In this document: in pieces, positions 51,340 through 64,000 of the stretch
Position numbering within the stretch: the stretch's first letter is position 1
Layout of the letters: each line of letters starts with the position of its first letter
Source: Octopus vulgaris
Taxonomy: Eukaryota
DNA: 64,000 nt
Assembly: GCA_951406725.2 (NCBI GenBank)
Contig: OX597815.1
Span: 27,280,001-27,344,000, forward strand
Direction of reading: 5' to 3'
Made by a program: the position numbers and the translations under genes
Notes under the pieces: model-generated
The model's database searches: none
Seen by the model: only the letters and a program-made list of their open reading frames with translations
Told to the model about the DNA's origin: nothing

Positions 51340-51375
51340 GGACGGACGGACGGACGGACGGACGGATGGATGGAT
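51114..51375. repeat. Compound tetranucleotide microsatellite (GATA)n(GGAT)n(AGGT)n(GATA)n(GGAC)n
   Basis: Directly visible. Many other simple repeats occur, e.g. (TG)n 13807-13885 and 59452-59574, (GAA)n 53886-54048, (ATT)n 43790-43870. Confidence 0.95.
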
Positions 51376-51546
51376 ATCACGCTCGCGAAAGAAAAGTAGT
51401 TACAAAGAACTCATTGAAAAGGCTATTGTCGTATGCCGAAACACTGGCAAATCAATATATGACAATAAGAAAGAAAAGATGAACTGCAACCCTTACATAT
51501 TTTGTTTTTCTATATATTGTACAGGATTGCCTCCCGAAATATAAAC

Positions 51547-51615
<69 letters not shown>

Positions 51616-51911
51616 TGTGTCTGTGTCTGTGTGAGTGAGTGAGTGAGTGAGTGAGTGAGTGAGTGAGTGAGTGCGTGTGTATGTCCGTGTGAATGTGTGT
51701 GGGTGCTGTGTATTGTGTGTATTTGTATACATAAATGAGTGTGTATGTGTTTTGGTCTGCAATGAAAAAAAACTGTCTTCATTACAGACAAACAAGACCG
51801 TTTGATTGATCAAATTATCGTGAAACTTCGTGTAACGACAAACAGCATTAGCCGAATAAATATGATTATACTCTACACCATGCATACTTTTTATCTTGTT
51901 CGTCATAAACA

Positions 51912-51961
<50 letters not shown>

Positions 51962-52505
51962 GTGTGTGTGTGATAAGAATTTAGAAACTTCGAGACGTGA
52001 AATATGTCGTTTTTAAAGGTGGAATACGAAGTAGATGGACCGTGTAAATATTGGCTTAAAAAGACCTGTCCAAGGGGTTTTTTAAAGCCTAATATTTACA
52101 CGTTATTGTGTGTGTGTGTGTGTGTGTGTGAACTTTCGCTTAGGAGCGAATCGAACAAGCAGTGTTTTGTGAACGAAGTGACTTGGAATATGTGTTCTGC
52201 AACAAGTCACACGCACTCCCTTGATATTCCTATAGTCAAAATGTCATAATCCTATAATAGACTCGTTGGAAATTTATCACCATCTATAGAATCTATAGTT
52301 GAGCGGTTTAAATGTCAAAAAAGTAAATAAATTAGGCGCAGGCGTGGGTATGTAATAAGAAGCTTGCTTCCCAACCACATGGCGCCGGGTTCAGTCCCAC
52401 TGCGTGGCACTTTGGGAAAATGTCTTCTACTATAGCCTCAGACCGACCAAATCCATGTGAGTGGATTTGGTAGACGAAAACTGAAAGAACTCCATCGTAC
52501 ATATA

Positions 52506-53572
52506 TAAAGTCATCCCATAAATTCTGTCCGATTTTACCTTTTTTAAAATTGAATGAAATTTAATAGTATTTAAAATGTCTAATGGAATTAAAAATTATT
52601 TTTATGCATTCGTGTACATTTAAACTAATTAAATATTATTTTACAGAATAATAGAATTAAAATTTCTTTGATTAAAACCCTTTCTAACATGGAAGTATCC
52701 AAAGAGCATTTGAGGTACATAATGCTTTATGAGTACAAAAAAGGAAACTCTGCAGCCGAAGTGACTCGAAACATACAATCAGTTTATGGAAAAGAATGCT
52801 TGAATGAAAGAACTTGCAGAAGATGGTTTGCAAAATTCAGAAGTTGAGATTGCAGCCTTGAAAATGAAGATCGAACAGGATGTCCAGTTGAGTTTGAGGC
52901 ATTACTTGAAGAAAATCTTGCATTATCAGTTGAAGAATTGGCAATAAAGCTTAGTTCAAGCCATACAACTGTTCATCGTCATCTTCAACAACTTGGAAAG
53001 GTTCCTAAACTTGGAAAATGGGTAACTCGTGAATTGTCCGAAAGCAACCGCAAATCCCGAGTTGATATCTGCTCTTCTCTCCATTCTCGGGGAACTCATT
53101 TCACTCTTATTGGATAGACTTGTGATTGGTGATGAAAAATGGATCTTCTATCGAAATGTTAAACATCGCAAACAGTGGCTTGGTAAAAGGGAAAAAGCTC
53201 AACCACAACTGAGAAGGGAACTTCATGGGAAAAAGATTCTTCTCCCTATCTGGTGGGATTGCAAAGGAGTAATTCACTTTGAATTGTTACCACCTAATGC
53301 AACAATCAATGCTCAAGTCTACTGTCAGCAATTAGAGCGTTTGAAGAAGAAAAAAACTTTGAAGAAAAAAAGACCCGCTTTAGTGAATCGAAAAGGAGTG
53401 ATGTTTCATCAGGACAATGCGCGGCCCCACACTGCAAAGATCAGATTACAGAAGATCGAAGAGCTTGGTTGGGAAAACATTCCTCATCCACCTTATTCTC
53501 CCGATCTTGCTCCTTCAGACTACCATTTGTTTCGTAGTTTACAGAATCATTTGGGGGACATAACTTTCTCAA
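52506..53572 (+). mobile_element. Mariner (DD34D) transposase pseudogene nested in a CORE-like SINE
   Basis: ATG at 52689, MEVSKEHLRYIMLYEYKKG; GDEKW; HQDNARPH...YSPDLAPSD with 34-residue spacing; stops and frameshifts. SINE head at 52334-52500 and tail at 53575-53795. Confidence 0.92.
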
Positions 53573-54494
53573 GTCTGTCTGTCTGTGTTTGTTCCCGCTT
53601 AACAACCAGTGCTGGTGTGTTTACGTTTCCGTTACTTAGCGGTTCTGTAAAAGAGACTTTTAGAATAAGGACTAGGCTTTAATAAAAAAAAATAATAAGT
53701 CTTGGAGGGGGGGTCGATTTACTCGTCTAAAACCCTACAACGCGTTGCCCCAGCATGGCTATTGTCAAATGACTGGAATAGGTAAAAGAATAGAAAAGAA
53801 AAGAAAAAAAATGCCCTTGTTAGCCTTGGATTTTATACATCATACCAATAGTTATCGTTGTTTGAGTGCATATAAGACATCTTCCAAGAAGAAGAAGAAG
53901 AAGAAGAAGAAGAAGAAGAAGAAGAAGAAGAAGAAGAAGAAGAAGAAGAAGAAGAAGAAGAAGAAAAGAAAAAGAAAAAGAAGAAGAAGAAGAAGAAGAA
54001 GAAGAAGAAGAAGAAGAAGAAGAAGAAGAAAAAAAAGAAGAAGAAGAAGTCCCTCTGGGTCTTAAGTGCGAAGTTGTTTTAAATATTACATGCGTTTAAA
54101 GCGTCTAACACTATTTTTCTGAATATGCGCTGCTGAAAATGGGGTACATCTTTTATGCCGTCAAATACGGTTAAGTAAAGCTGAAGCAAAATTAAAATAA
54201 GTACCCCTGCCTAGAGAAAGAAAATAAATGTAGCAAGCTTGCAGTTTTAATAGCTTAGCTATCTACTCGACTATCTTGTTCACTATTTCCTGCACAGACT
54301 CAGAGTAGCTAATGAAAAAGTTTGATTATCAGATGTTTACTTCCAACTAAACAAGTTGGATAACCTGAGTGCGTAACCGAGCATAAAAATGCATTAACTA
54401 CAATATGTCTGCGAGAAATGGTTAAGATGTTTTATTCAGACATGTGGTGAAAATCATGAATCGTTGAATAAAAACAAAAGAAAAAATATCTCGC

Positions 54495-54549
<55 letters not shown>

Positions 54550-55080
54550 CATTATTATTATTTTTCTAAATCAATATTATGCGTGAAAAGATGAGAAATT
54601 TCCACCTGTTCCCGATAGTTTTGATATTTATGGATTAGCTGATAATTTCGTGGCAGCAGCTTTATTTACGTCAGAAATACATATAAACAATGTTATATGG
54701 AATCTCAAGTAATGTCTAGATCACTATAGAACAGTAAATACACATAGGAGAAAATTAATCACAAAGAAATGAGAATAGTTTTTGAACAACTAGAGTGGAG
54801 GAGAATGCCAATATGAGCGATAGGTTCTCTAACATTCATGATTGGTAAATAACGAAAAGGAAACAATCCTGTGTTTTCATCACCCTCAGCTTCATAAAAT
54901 AATTTATTGCTATTTTTTAATTACATATAATTATATAAATATGGTTAATGCTCCGTTTAATTGCATAGAGTCGGTGATTGCGTTCAACAACTGATTTCGC
55001 ATAATATTCACGGGATCAAGAGATTTTTTTTTTTCATTTTATTGCTGAAGTTGGGTACACTGAAACCTCGGTTATCCGGA

Positions 55081-55339
55081 AAATCCTTTGTTTTAGCTTG
55101 ACTAATTTGGTTAAGAACAATATAAATAAATATAAATAAATAAGTTCCTTCTCTTTTGGTCGAGCGACCCCTTATCACTGAGCATTTATCCTTCTTCCTT
55201 CCTTCTGTCCGATGTTAGACAGAAGGAAGAAAAATAGATGCTCTCTGATCAGAGGTCACTCGACCAAAAGAGAAGGAACTTATTTGTGATTGTTTATTTA
55301 TATTCTTCCTAACTAAATTAAGTCAAAAATAAAGGATTT
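55081..55339. repeat. Foldback (palindromic) element
   Basis: Arms pair around a centre near 55213, e.g. aaataagttccttctcttttggtcgag versus ctcgaccaaaagagaaggaacttattt. Confidence 0.8.
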
Positions 55340-55504
55340 CTCCTCTGTATCAGTTCTGAACTATGTATGACTCATGAAAGACTGAGAGGTCAAATTATTC
55401 TTATAAATTTCCTTTTGCAACAGGCGAAAACAAAAAGCCGATGGCTTGTGACAAAATGTGGTTTCGCTTTTGAATCTTGGCTTAGGTATTTGGTAGCTAT
55501 TCAC

Positions 55505-55569
<65 letters not shown>

Positions 55570-56401
55570 CAAACTGGGACAAGAACGCAAACATTTAGAA
55601 GACGATACAAAAAACACGGACGGGACATTCGAAGCCTTCAATCTTCAGTCAAGAACCGGATCATCCTCGCAATTTCGGCTGATTAATCTTGAGATCGCTC
55701 CGATCCGGCCAGCCCCAAGGAAAAACTAAGCTACGAGCATTAGATTTCTTGGAAAAAGGATCGAATGTATACGAAACAGGGACAGAAAAACGGACGATGC
55801 CACACGAATATAAATACAAAAAGCAATAATAGTAATAACAGGACAAAAACAGCGGGTGTCTTACGACTATAGACAGTACAACTTAGTTTAGCTGGCGTAT
55901 TTGGAAAAAAATGCCTTTTTCGGCAGACGAAGAAAACGATGTTCTCATGGCGGTGGTCGGAAGCCGAATGGCTGGTTGACCAGCGATGACGTGAGAGGAG
56001 AAGAGAGAGAAAAAAAGGGGGGGAAATGAATCAAAGAGAGAGAGAAAAATAAGGACAAAGGCACCAAAGAGGGGAGAAGAGAGAGAAAGAAGGAATTAAA
56101 GAGGGGAGAAGAAAGAGAGCGTGCCAAGGATTGGCTTGGCGACAGAATCAGTGAGGTGCAAAGTGAGAAAGACAGAGAAATGTGAGAGAGTGGGGGAAGA
56201 GGAGACCAAAGAATCAGAGGCAAGAAAAGAGAAAAGGAGGAGAAGAGAGAGAGAGAGAGAAAGAGACAGATCAAAGTGGAGTGCAAAGTGTGAAAAGCAG
56301 AGAAATGTAGGCAAGGGGGGAGCGAGAGACAGTGTTATAGAGTCGTACCAAATTTAAAGAAATATGTACTTACATATCAGACCAAAATGGTACGGGCGTC
56401 G

Positions 56402-56478
<77 letters not shown>

Positions 56479-56583
56479 AAAATATACAAACTGGGACAAG
56501 ATCGCAAAACATTTAGAAGACGATACAAAAAACACGGACGGGACATTCGAAGCCTTCAATCTTAACAAAATTTTATATCTTGG

Positions 56584-56652
56584 ACATAGAATTACCCAAG
56601 GTTTCGCATCCACAAAGCCAAAGTACTGTGGACAGCTCGTCAGACTCTATAT
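56584..56652 (-). ncRNA. Type I hammerhead ribozyme, intact core
   Basis: Minus strand: atatagagt-CTGACGA-gctgtccaca...tgtggatgc-GAAA-cc ttg gg-TA-attctatgt. Helix I 9 bp (2 GU), extended helix II, short helix III. Confidence 0.8.
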
Positions 56653-57457
56653 ACGTTGCGGACCTAGAAATTATGACCAATCCAGGACCAGCAACATGGA
56701 GGCGGTATCCGGCGTTCCCAGTACCACCAGCTCAGATGACAACCAAATAATTCCCTTCGATACCGATTGGATAACTGGCCCCATACCATATGTTAGCAGG
56801 GGTGCGAATATGGCCCCATCCCATGTTTGTAAATATATAATGGATCTGCTAGTACCGCTTTCAAGCGACGTTTTCTTAACCACCAGTCAACCTTCACAGT
56901 CCCGTAAGGACGGTTTGTCACGTACCTGGCCCGCCATGTGTGACACCTCAAAGATCAAGGGCCCGTGTGATCTCAGGTGGAAATTAATTGATCATCCGGA
57001 CCCATATATTAATGGAAGTAGCCGTTGCAAGATCAGCATCGTGGAGAGAGCCAAAACTCTTAAGGACTATACGAAACTTGGCACGTCAAAGATCAAGGGC
57101 CCGTGTGATCTCAGGTGGAAATTAATTGATCATCCGGACCCATATATTAATGGAAGTAGCCGTTGCAAGATCAGCATCGTGGAGAGAGCCAAAACTCTTA
57201 AGGACTATACGAAACTTGGCACGTTAAATAGTGGTAAAGAAGTGTTTTCTAAATGTGTCCACTTCAAACGTTACTTACTGGAAAATTGGATCTCCCCGTT
57301 TGCTAGTTAGGCCTCTTCAGGCCTAAAAGGATTGTTTTATTTCCTCTGGTTCAAGGAAGATAACCCGTCCTCATTAACGTTTTTTGTTAAGACGTATTTC
57401 TCGCTTTCTGAGCGTTTCCTCAGGTCAGCGATGTAGAAATTTAAAATTTTTGTCTTT

Positions 57458-57526
57458 ATATAGAGTCTGACGAACTGTCCACGAGGCTTTGGCTTTGTGG
57501 ATGCGGAACCTTGGGTAACTCTATGT
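57458..57526 (+). ncRNA. Type I hammerhead ribozyme copy with core mutation
   Basis: CTGACGA at 57467-57473, GGAA instead of GAAA at 57505-57508, TA at 57516-57517, helix I atagagt/actctat. Confidence 0.65.
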
Positions 57527-57602
57527 CTAAGATATAAAATTTTGTTGTAACAATTACAGCTCCATTCTTTACAGTGTGCTTCTTTTCTGATATATGTTTT
57601 TC

Positions 57603-57704
<102 letters not shown>

Positions 57705-58083
57705 GTGACTGCAAAGACCCAACAAATATTGTAAGTTCATGGCTGTTCCTGCACCAGTTTCGCATAGCCCCAGTCCATCCAAAGTACCTTGGATTGCAGA
57801 ACGACCTGCTGTGCTTGAGGAGACCTATTGAGTCAAGTACATCAACATCAAAATAAATATCAAATGGAAATTGTAGTTGTGATACCTGTGCCGGTGGCAC
57901 GTAAAAAGCACCCACTACACTCACGGAGTGGTTGGCGTTAGGAAGGGCATCCAGCTGTAGAAACACTGCCAGATCAGACCGGAGCCTGGTGCAGCCTCCT
58001 GGCTTCCCAGACCCCAGTCGAAAAGTCCAACCCGTGCTAGTACGGAAAACAGACGTTAAACGATGATGATGATGATGATGATG

Positions 58084-58114
<31 letters not shown>

Positions 58115-58197
58115 GGTCCCGGGTTGATTCGGGGTTAACCACAGTAAGTAAGGTACTCAATACATAGCAGAGTAAAATTAATTTATTATATAGAAGG

Positions 58198-58248
58198 AGC
58201 TTCTACAGGACTAGTACTGTTTCATTCAAGAGAAATCTTCAGGAAGCT
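58198..58248 (-). ncRNA. Type I hammerhead ribozyme motif
   Basis: Minus strand: agcttc-CTGAAGA-t ttc tctt gaa t-GAAA-cag tactagtc ctg-TA-gaagct. 6-bp helix I; loop 3 contains the palindrome ACTAGT. Confidence 0.72.
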
Positions 58249-58664
58249 ATTTAACAAGAATTGTATTAGCATTTATACATTTAGGCAGGTTTAAAGGAGT
58301 GGTGGTGGGGGACTTTTTGGGGGTAGGCATAGCGCAAAATATCATACTTGGGGGAGTGGTCAAGGAGTCAGTGGTAAGTTAGATGAAAGAATAGATAAAT
58401 AAAAAAATTAAAAAAAAAAAATAAAAAATAAAAAAATAAAAAAATAAAAAAATAAAAAAATAAAATAAAAAAATAAAAAATATAAAAAATATAAAAAATA
58501 TAAAAAATATATATAAAAAAATATATATATAAAATATATATATAAAAAAATATATATATAAAAAAAGGGGGGATAGAGTTATAGGTAAATAAGGAGATTC
58601 TCACTTATACCTATACACACATGTATACGTATCTACACACACATACATACATACACATATATCT

Positions 58665-58713
<49 letters not shown>

Positions 58714-58894
58714 CATATGTACACACATACATACATATCTACATACACACATACATACACCCGCCCACATATACAAATTTATACACATGCACATGCCTAT
58801 ACCTGTCTACACATACACACACGTATATATGCATACACTCACTCCCATGCATGCACGCATACACACATGTATATATATTCACATATATATATAC

Positions 58895-58927
<33 letters not shown>

Positions 58928-59083
58928 TTTTTATTTATCTATTCTTTCATCTAACTTACCACTGACTCCTTGACCACTCCCCCAAGTATGATATTTTGCG
59001 CTATGCCTACCCCCAAAAGTCCCCCACCACCACTCCTTTAAACCTGCCTAAATGTATAAATGCTAATACAATTCTTGTTAAAT

Positions 59084-59133
59084 AGCTTCCTGAAGATTTC
59101 TCTTGAATGAAACAGTACTAGTCCTGTAAAGCT
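59084..59133 (+). ncRNA. Type I hammerhead ribozyme motif, inverted partner
   Basis: Same as 58198-58248 except that one G is deleted just 3' of the cleavage site. Confidence 0.62.
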
Positions 59134-59144
59134 CCTTCTATATA

Positions 59145-59210
<66 letters not shown>

Positions 59211-59448
59211 TAGCAGCATCCAAATGTACATTTCGTTATTTCGTTCTTTTATGACGAAGTAGAATACTTTTCTGCTTTCCTTGTGACTCCTTTGCGAATT
59301 GGGTTGACTTGGAGCTAAACAATAATAAAATATATAACAACAAAACATTTGTACATTTGCGTTCACGTATTGGGTAATAACTGTCTTTAGACACTTGTCA
59401 CCAGCGAAGAGTGTACTCCAAAATAAATATGCAAAAAGCAGTTAGTGT

Positions 59449-59575
<127 letters not shown>

Positions 59576-59859
59576 GGAAAAGTTTAAAATAGTGTGAGTA
59601 TCTCTGAAACTAGGTTCTTAATTAAATTTTTGTTAATTTAGTTAATCCTGTTAATTTAATCTTCCTTCTTTGTAATGTGTTTTCTTCTCGTGTTGTATGG
59701 ATTCTTAAACGGGAAGTTATTTCCTTTTATGCATTTTCTTATCAATATTCATTAACACTGTAACACATCCATACATGCGCACACAGACAAACAAATGTTG
59801 TACCGAAAATAACGCATAGGTGGGCATGATTTTATGTGATACAGGCTGTTTACTCTGCC

Positions 59860-61010
59860 AACATGTGCAATGCACATATTGATATAATAAATCTTCCTCT
59901 ATACAAAGATATTCAAAAGTCTTCATCAAAAATGATGTATTTGCACATCGTTAAACCCAAATCTCAAATATTCTTTGTAAAAATTCAGATGTTCGCCATT
60001 GTACCCACTTCTTCACCTCGTATGATATATCAACTCGTTGTCCAGAAGACTTTCCTTCATTAGACCGAACGGGCTGGATACAGATTGTACAGTGGATATG
60101 AAACCAAAGACTAGTCCAATTTGCCGATTGCCTGATATGTTGCTAATGATATGCGTGGTCGTATGTCATGGTGAATGTTGATCGTTTTCATATTCTCGTT
60201 CGGTCACTTCTTCCTAAAGGCTCCTCTTAAGCTTTTTGACTATCTCAATATCACCCGCTGCTCACAGTATAGCCACGTTCCGGAAAATTAAAGTAAACGG
60301 CACTTTTGTCATTCCACCCGCTGCTCACAGTATAGCCACGTTCCGGAAAATTAAAGTAAACGGCACTTTTGTCATTCAAAAAAGCAGTCATCAATTTCTG
60401 TGCCGATCACTGACTTTTGAACTCCTTAGATTTTGGAGAAAAGATGTGACACCGTTGCATGAACTGAGCCATCGTTTCCATATCATAAAGATACACTCAC
60501 ATTTTATCCCTTGTTACCAGACTGGAAAAAACATGTCCTTATTGGCTTCAGACGCTTCCAGCAAATCAAAGCAGATTTCCACCTTATTCTCCTTGAAATC
60601 GGGTGTTGTTGTTGTTAAGCAACAAGACGGGTAAGGGTGTTTAGGTGATGGTCTAGGGCTTAGGGGCGGGAGACCCCAGACCTTGGTAAAAAAAACTTTG
60701 GTCGTCTTGTAGTCGAGGGCTCTTCGTTGACGCCCGTCACCACTGGGAGGTGGCCCTCGAAGTCGCTGGAAATAGAGATCTCCAGGTCCAAATTCTTGGA
60801 CGGTGAAATCGTGTGTCAACTGCCGCGGTAGACACTTTACACACACTTTTCGACGCTCAAAGTCTCACCTTCTTCTGTGATGGATTGTGACCCCAATCCA
60901 GTTATGCAGCCAGCTTACGGATTGTTACGCGTCTGTCCACGTGAATCAATTCGTCCATTCGCTGGCGATTCTTGTCAGTGGTCGCAGTTGGTGGTCCTTT
61001 AATGCTAGTT
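59860..61010 (-). mobile_element. Degenerate mariner-like transposase relic with a nested retroposon
   Basis: VCVKCLPRQLTHD followed by FKENKVEICFDLL resembles the mariner WVPRxL linker region; boundaries approximate. Confidence 0.55.
60607..60803 (-). mobile_element. Short 5'-truncated retroposon with (AAC)n tail
   Basis: 13-bp TSD tgaaatcg(g/t)gtgt at 60594-60606 and 60804-60816. Confidence 0.7.
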
Positions 61011-61587
61011 TCAATACTGGTTTCCTCTTTCTTTTAAAATTTCTGACCCCTGTAACATGGAAGTTCGGCAAAAGATACCGACAGAATAAGTAATAGGCTT
61101 AAAAGAAATATGTACTAAGGTTGACTTGCTCGAATAAAATTCTTCAAGGCGGTGCCTCAGCATGTCCGTAATCTAATGACTGAAGCAAGTGAAAGATAAA
61201 AGATTGCTCTCGTCAGCAGTGTGGTCTCTGTAAATAACCTATAGCCTTCTGTGGGTAACGGACAGCTTGTGGGTAACAATGACGGCACGAGGCTTCTACT
61301 TGGAAGCCCTTATTAGCCTGCAATGAAGAATAGGAGTGTTACACATTCATATATCTATGTGTATACGTGCATCCCCACTCTTGGCACTATTTTGTTAGTG
61401 AATAGTACAAACTGTGTGTAAAGTATATAATGTATTACTACGCCGAATGTCGAGTCCGTGTAACATGAATTGTAAATAAACACGTTAACAATAACAATGG
61501 CTTTCATTTGGTTGTCTATCCCATTAGAACCCAAACTACACATAACAAGGAGTTATGGTTACTAGGTCTATCTTTGTACTACTTTCG

Positions 61588-61652
<65 letters not shown>

Positions 61653-62776
61653 TTTGTTTGTTTTACAGTTTTCGGGATCGGATCTCCAAGAATCCAGTCT
61701 CTTACCTCTTTTTGTCCACCCACTATCACCATTTCAATAATTCTTTTAATTTGACAATATTATTTAATTTCGTTGGTTTACTAATTTATTACGGGGTTTT
61801 TTTTTGGGGGGGGGGTTATGGTCTTTCAATGTCATTTCGAGCACAATGCGTTCGTGAGAATGACTTGCTAAGCTGTTCTTAGTTTGATTCTTAGATATTT
61901 TGTCAAGCCCCATGTTCAAAACTTAAGAAATTATTAGCGTGATATATTTGTTCGAAACCGCTTCATTTTAAAGTTTAGGGGCCTTTCGTTTTTAAAAAAT
62001 GTAGCTTGCTCTCTTGAAGACTTGGTTGTTCTGCTATAAGTTGGCTACTCTAAGGTGAAACTCTTTTCTATTTGAAGACATGTTCCAAATTTGATACCAG
62101 GAAATTTATCTATCAACATACAGACCCTTATTTTGTGTTTTATTTATTTATTTATTTTGATTCTATTTTCAGTTGTAATATTGTTTGAAATTCAGCTGGA
62201 TCTCCAGAAACAAGAACTATCACATCTGCGAATCGAAAGTAAGAAATTGCCAATGATTTTAATTGCCACTTCGTTTTCTTCCAGTGTAGTTTGTAAAAGA
62301 ATTTAAATAAGCTATGAATCGCCTTATCGTAAAAGAGAATTTTTTTTTTTTTTGTACTCTGTTGAATGATATGGCATGACAGTTAAGGTGTTTTAAGAGA
62401 TTGAATTATGCTGGTTGTAAACTATGGTTCAATATAGTTGTTATCACGGCAGATATTTCTACAGTCTAACACATTTTGGTTATGCTCAAAAGGGTACGCA
62501 GAGTTAGATATTATATTTAGATTTTTCGATTAGTTGGTTTATAACATGTAGGTGGTCAGTGGCGTAACCCCCTCTCGTTTACATGAATGGTCCTCGTCCA
62601 ATTGTTTAGCAATTCTATTCGTTGTATCTATAAGAATAACAGTGGTCAAGGGAAAAACCACCAGGACTGCGGCCTGCATTCTAATTGTGACAGGGTTCTC
62701 GCGTATGTAATATAAAAGGCTGAAAATCTTCGATCAACTCGGATATTCCAATAAATTAGACAAATGCACCCCCCAG

Positions 62777-64000
62777 GGTAGTGGTTCTTAACTTTATTGG
62801 AGGTACTGAACCCTGCAAGCTTCATCAGTGCATTCACCGAACCCTTTATAATTGGAAAAATAAAATATGATTTCTTCAAAACAGGTATATATTTTATTAG
62901 TGTACAAAATGAGCCATGCATCAATCGCACACAAAATCACTGTATTCAAAGAACAAAACCAACAAAACAGAAACATAACTCAATGAATATTTACTAAAAA
63001 TAAATGTTACTTTGCTGTTACCTTTCAGATACAAGTTCAGAAATGTGCGGCTTCACCCTGGCAAGTTCCACTCTCATATCATTTTCGCAACAAAGTCTGT
63101 TCCTTTCCTTAGTTTTCATGTCTACCATCCTCAAAAAGGATTGCTCGCAAAGATACGTTGTAACAGATGGTGTGAGTATCTCAAGAGTTTTCTTAGCAAT
63201 AAAAGGGTATGGTACGATTTGGTGACACCAAATGATTTCATCGAGATATTCATCGTTGACAGCTACTGTCGCAACACTCAACGTGAACGGTTGTCTCATC
63301 CATGCGAGCTGGCAGAAACGTTAGCACGCCGGGCGAAATGCTTAGCGGTATTTCGTCTGCCGCTACGTTCTGAGTTCAAATTCCGCCGAGGTCGACTTTG
63401 CCTTTCATCCTTTCGGGGTCGTTTAAATAAGTACCAGTTACGCACTGGGGTTGACATAATCGACTTAATCCGTCTGTCTGTCCTTGCGTGTCTCCTCTGT
63501 GTTTAGCCCCTTGTTTGTAGTAAAGAAATAGGTTTCTCATCCATGCTGGATATGACTCTGGTGGGGATGTCTCCGTCGAGAGACATTGCGAGCTCAACTA
63601 AGTGCATGGCAATTGCTTGCTTCAGCTCCCCAAGTACAGAAATATCGCCAGTTCCAGACGTCTTCGATCTTACTTACACAATCGTCCAGCAGGGGAAAGT
63701 TTGCGAAGTTATCATTCTCTGTTCGTCGTTTCCATAAAGGTAGCTCTTTTTTTAAATGCCTTCAGGTCTTCTGCTTCGTTGCTGTTGATTCCACCGCCCT
63801 GCATCTGTCGATTGAGTTGATTTCGAGCATCGAGGATATCGGCCATGTTCGCCAAAATGAGAACGAACTCAGAATTTTCGATGCAATCTGCGTGACAATG
63901 TTGGTACTCTCACAAAAACAGGGCTAATTTCACGCATGGCAAAAACACGATTCAGCACCTTTCCTCGGGATAACCACCGAACGTTAGAATGGTACAGAAA
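62777..64000 (-). mobile_element. hAT (Buster/Charlie-like) transposase relic, running off the window
   Basis: VRWLSRGKVLNR near the window end; hATC-like YPFIAKKTLEILTPSVTTYLCEQSF...KTKERNRLCCENDMRV; terminal tagtggttcttaact. Confidence 0.85.
63306..63530 (+). mobile_element. Nin/Deu-like SINE nested in the hAT relic
   Basis: 12-bp TSD tctcatccatgc at 63294-63305 and 63535-63546. Confidence 0.85.

Larger units (their letters stand above)
58112..59150. mobile_element. Non-coding Penelope-derived element with 225-bp inverted arms, inside (TA)n
   Basis: 58181-58407 is the near-perfect reverse complement of 58926-59150; low-complexity spacer; (TA)n on both sides. Confidence 0.8.

Noticed and set aside
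55630-55715. Hammerhead-like ctgaaga and ctcaaga...gaaa on the minus strand
   Set aside because: I could not build consistent helices I-III around either core.

Overview
Eukaryotic, AT-rich genomic DNA saturated with microsatellites and transposons. The SINE, LINE and MITE families look like those of an octopod cephalopod (inference from repeat content). The only host protein-coding gene supported is the 3' half of a multicopper ferroxidase (ceruloplasmin/hephaestin-like) on the + strand. It has four phase-compatible GT-AG exons (818-1030, 4214-4424, 17115-17716, 21850-22154) covering cupredoxin domains 4-6 and stops with no transmembrane anchor. The rest is repeats: tRNA-derived SINEs, CR1/RTE/R4-Dong/HERO/Tx1-like LINE relics, mariner (DD34D) and DD41D relics, a hAT relic, Helitrons and MITEs. 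Most notable: (1) Penelope-type elements sitting in (TA)n tracts, with outward-facing inverted arms carrying type I hammerhead ribozyme motifs; (2) a U6 snRNA-SINE chimeric retrocopy inside one 17-bp TSD; (3) a Met-to-Thr change at the axial ligand of one type-1 copper site; (4) SINEs sharing a 3' tail with an ORF1-only Tx1/L1-like element and forming head-to-tail multimers. All alignments and folds were done by eye; no database searches were run.
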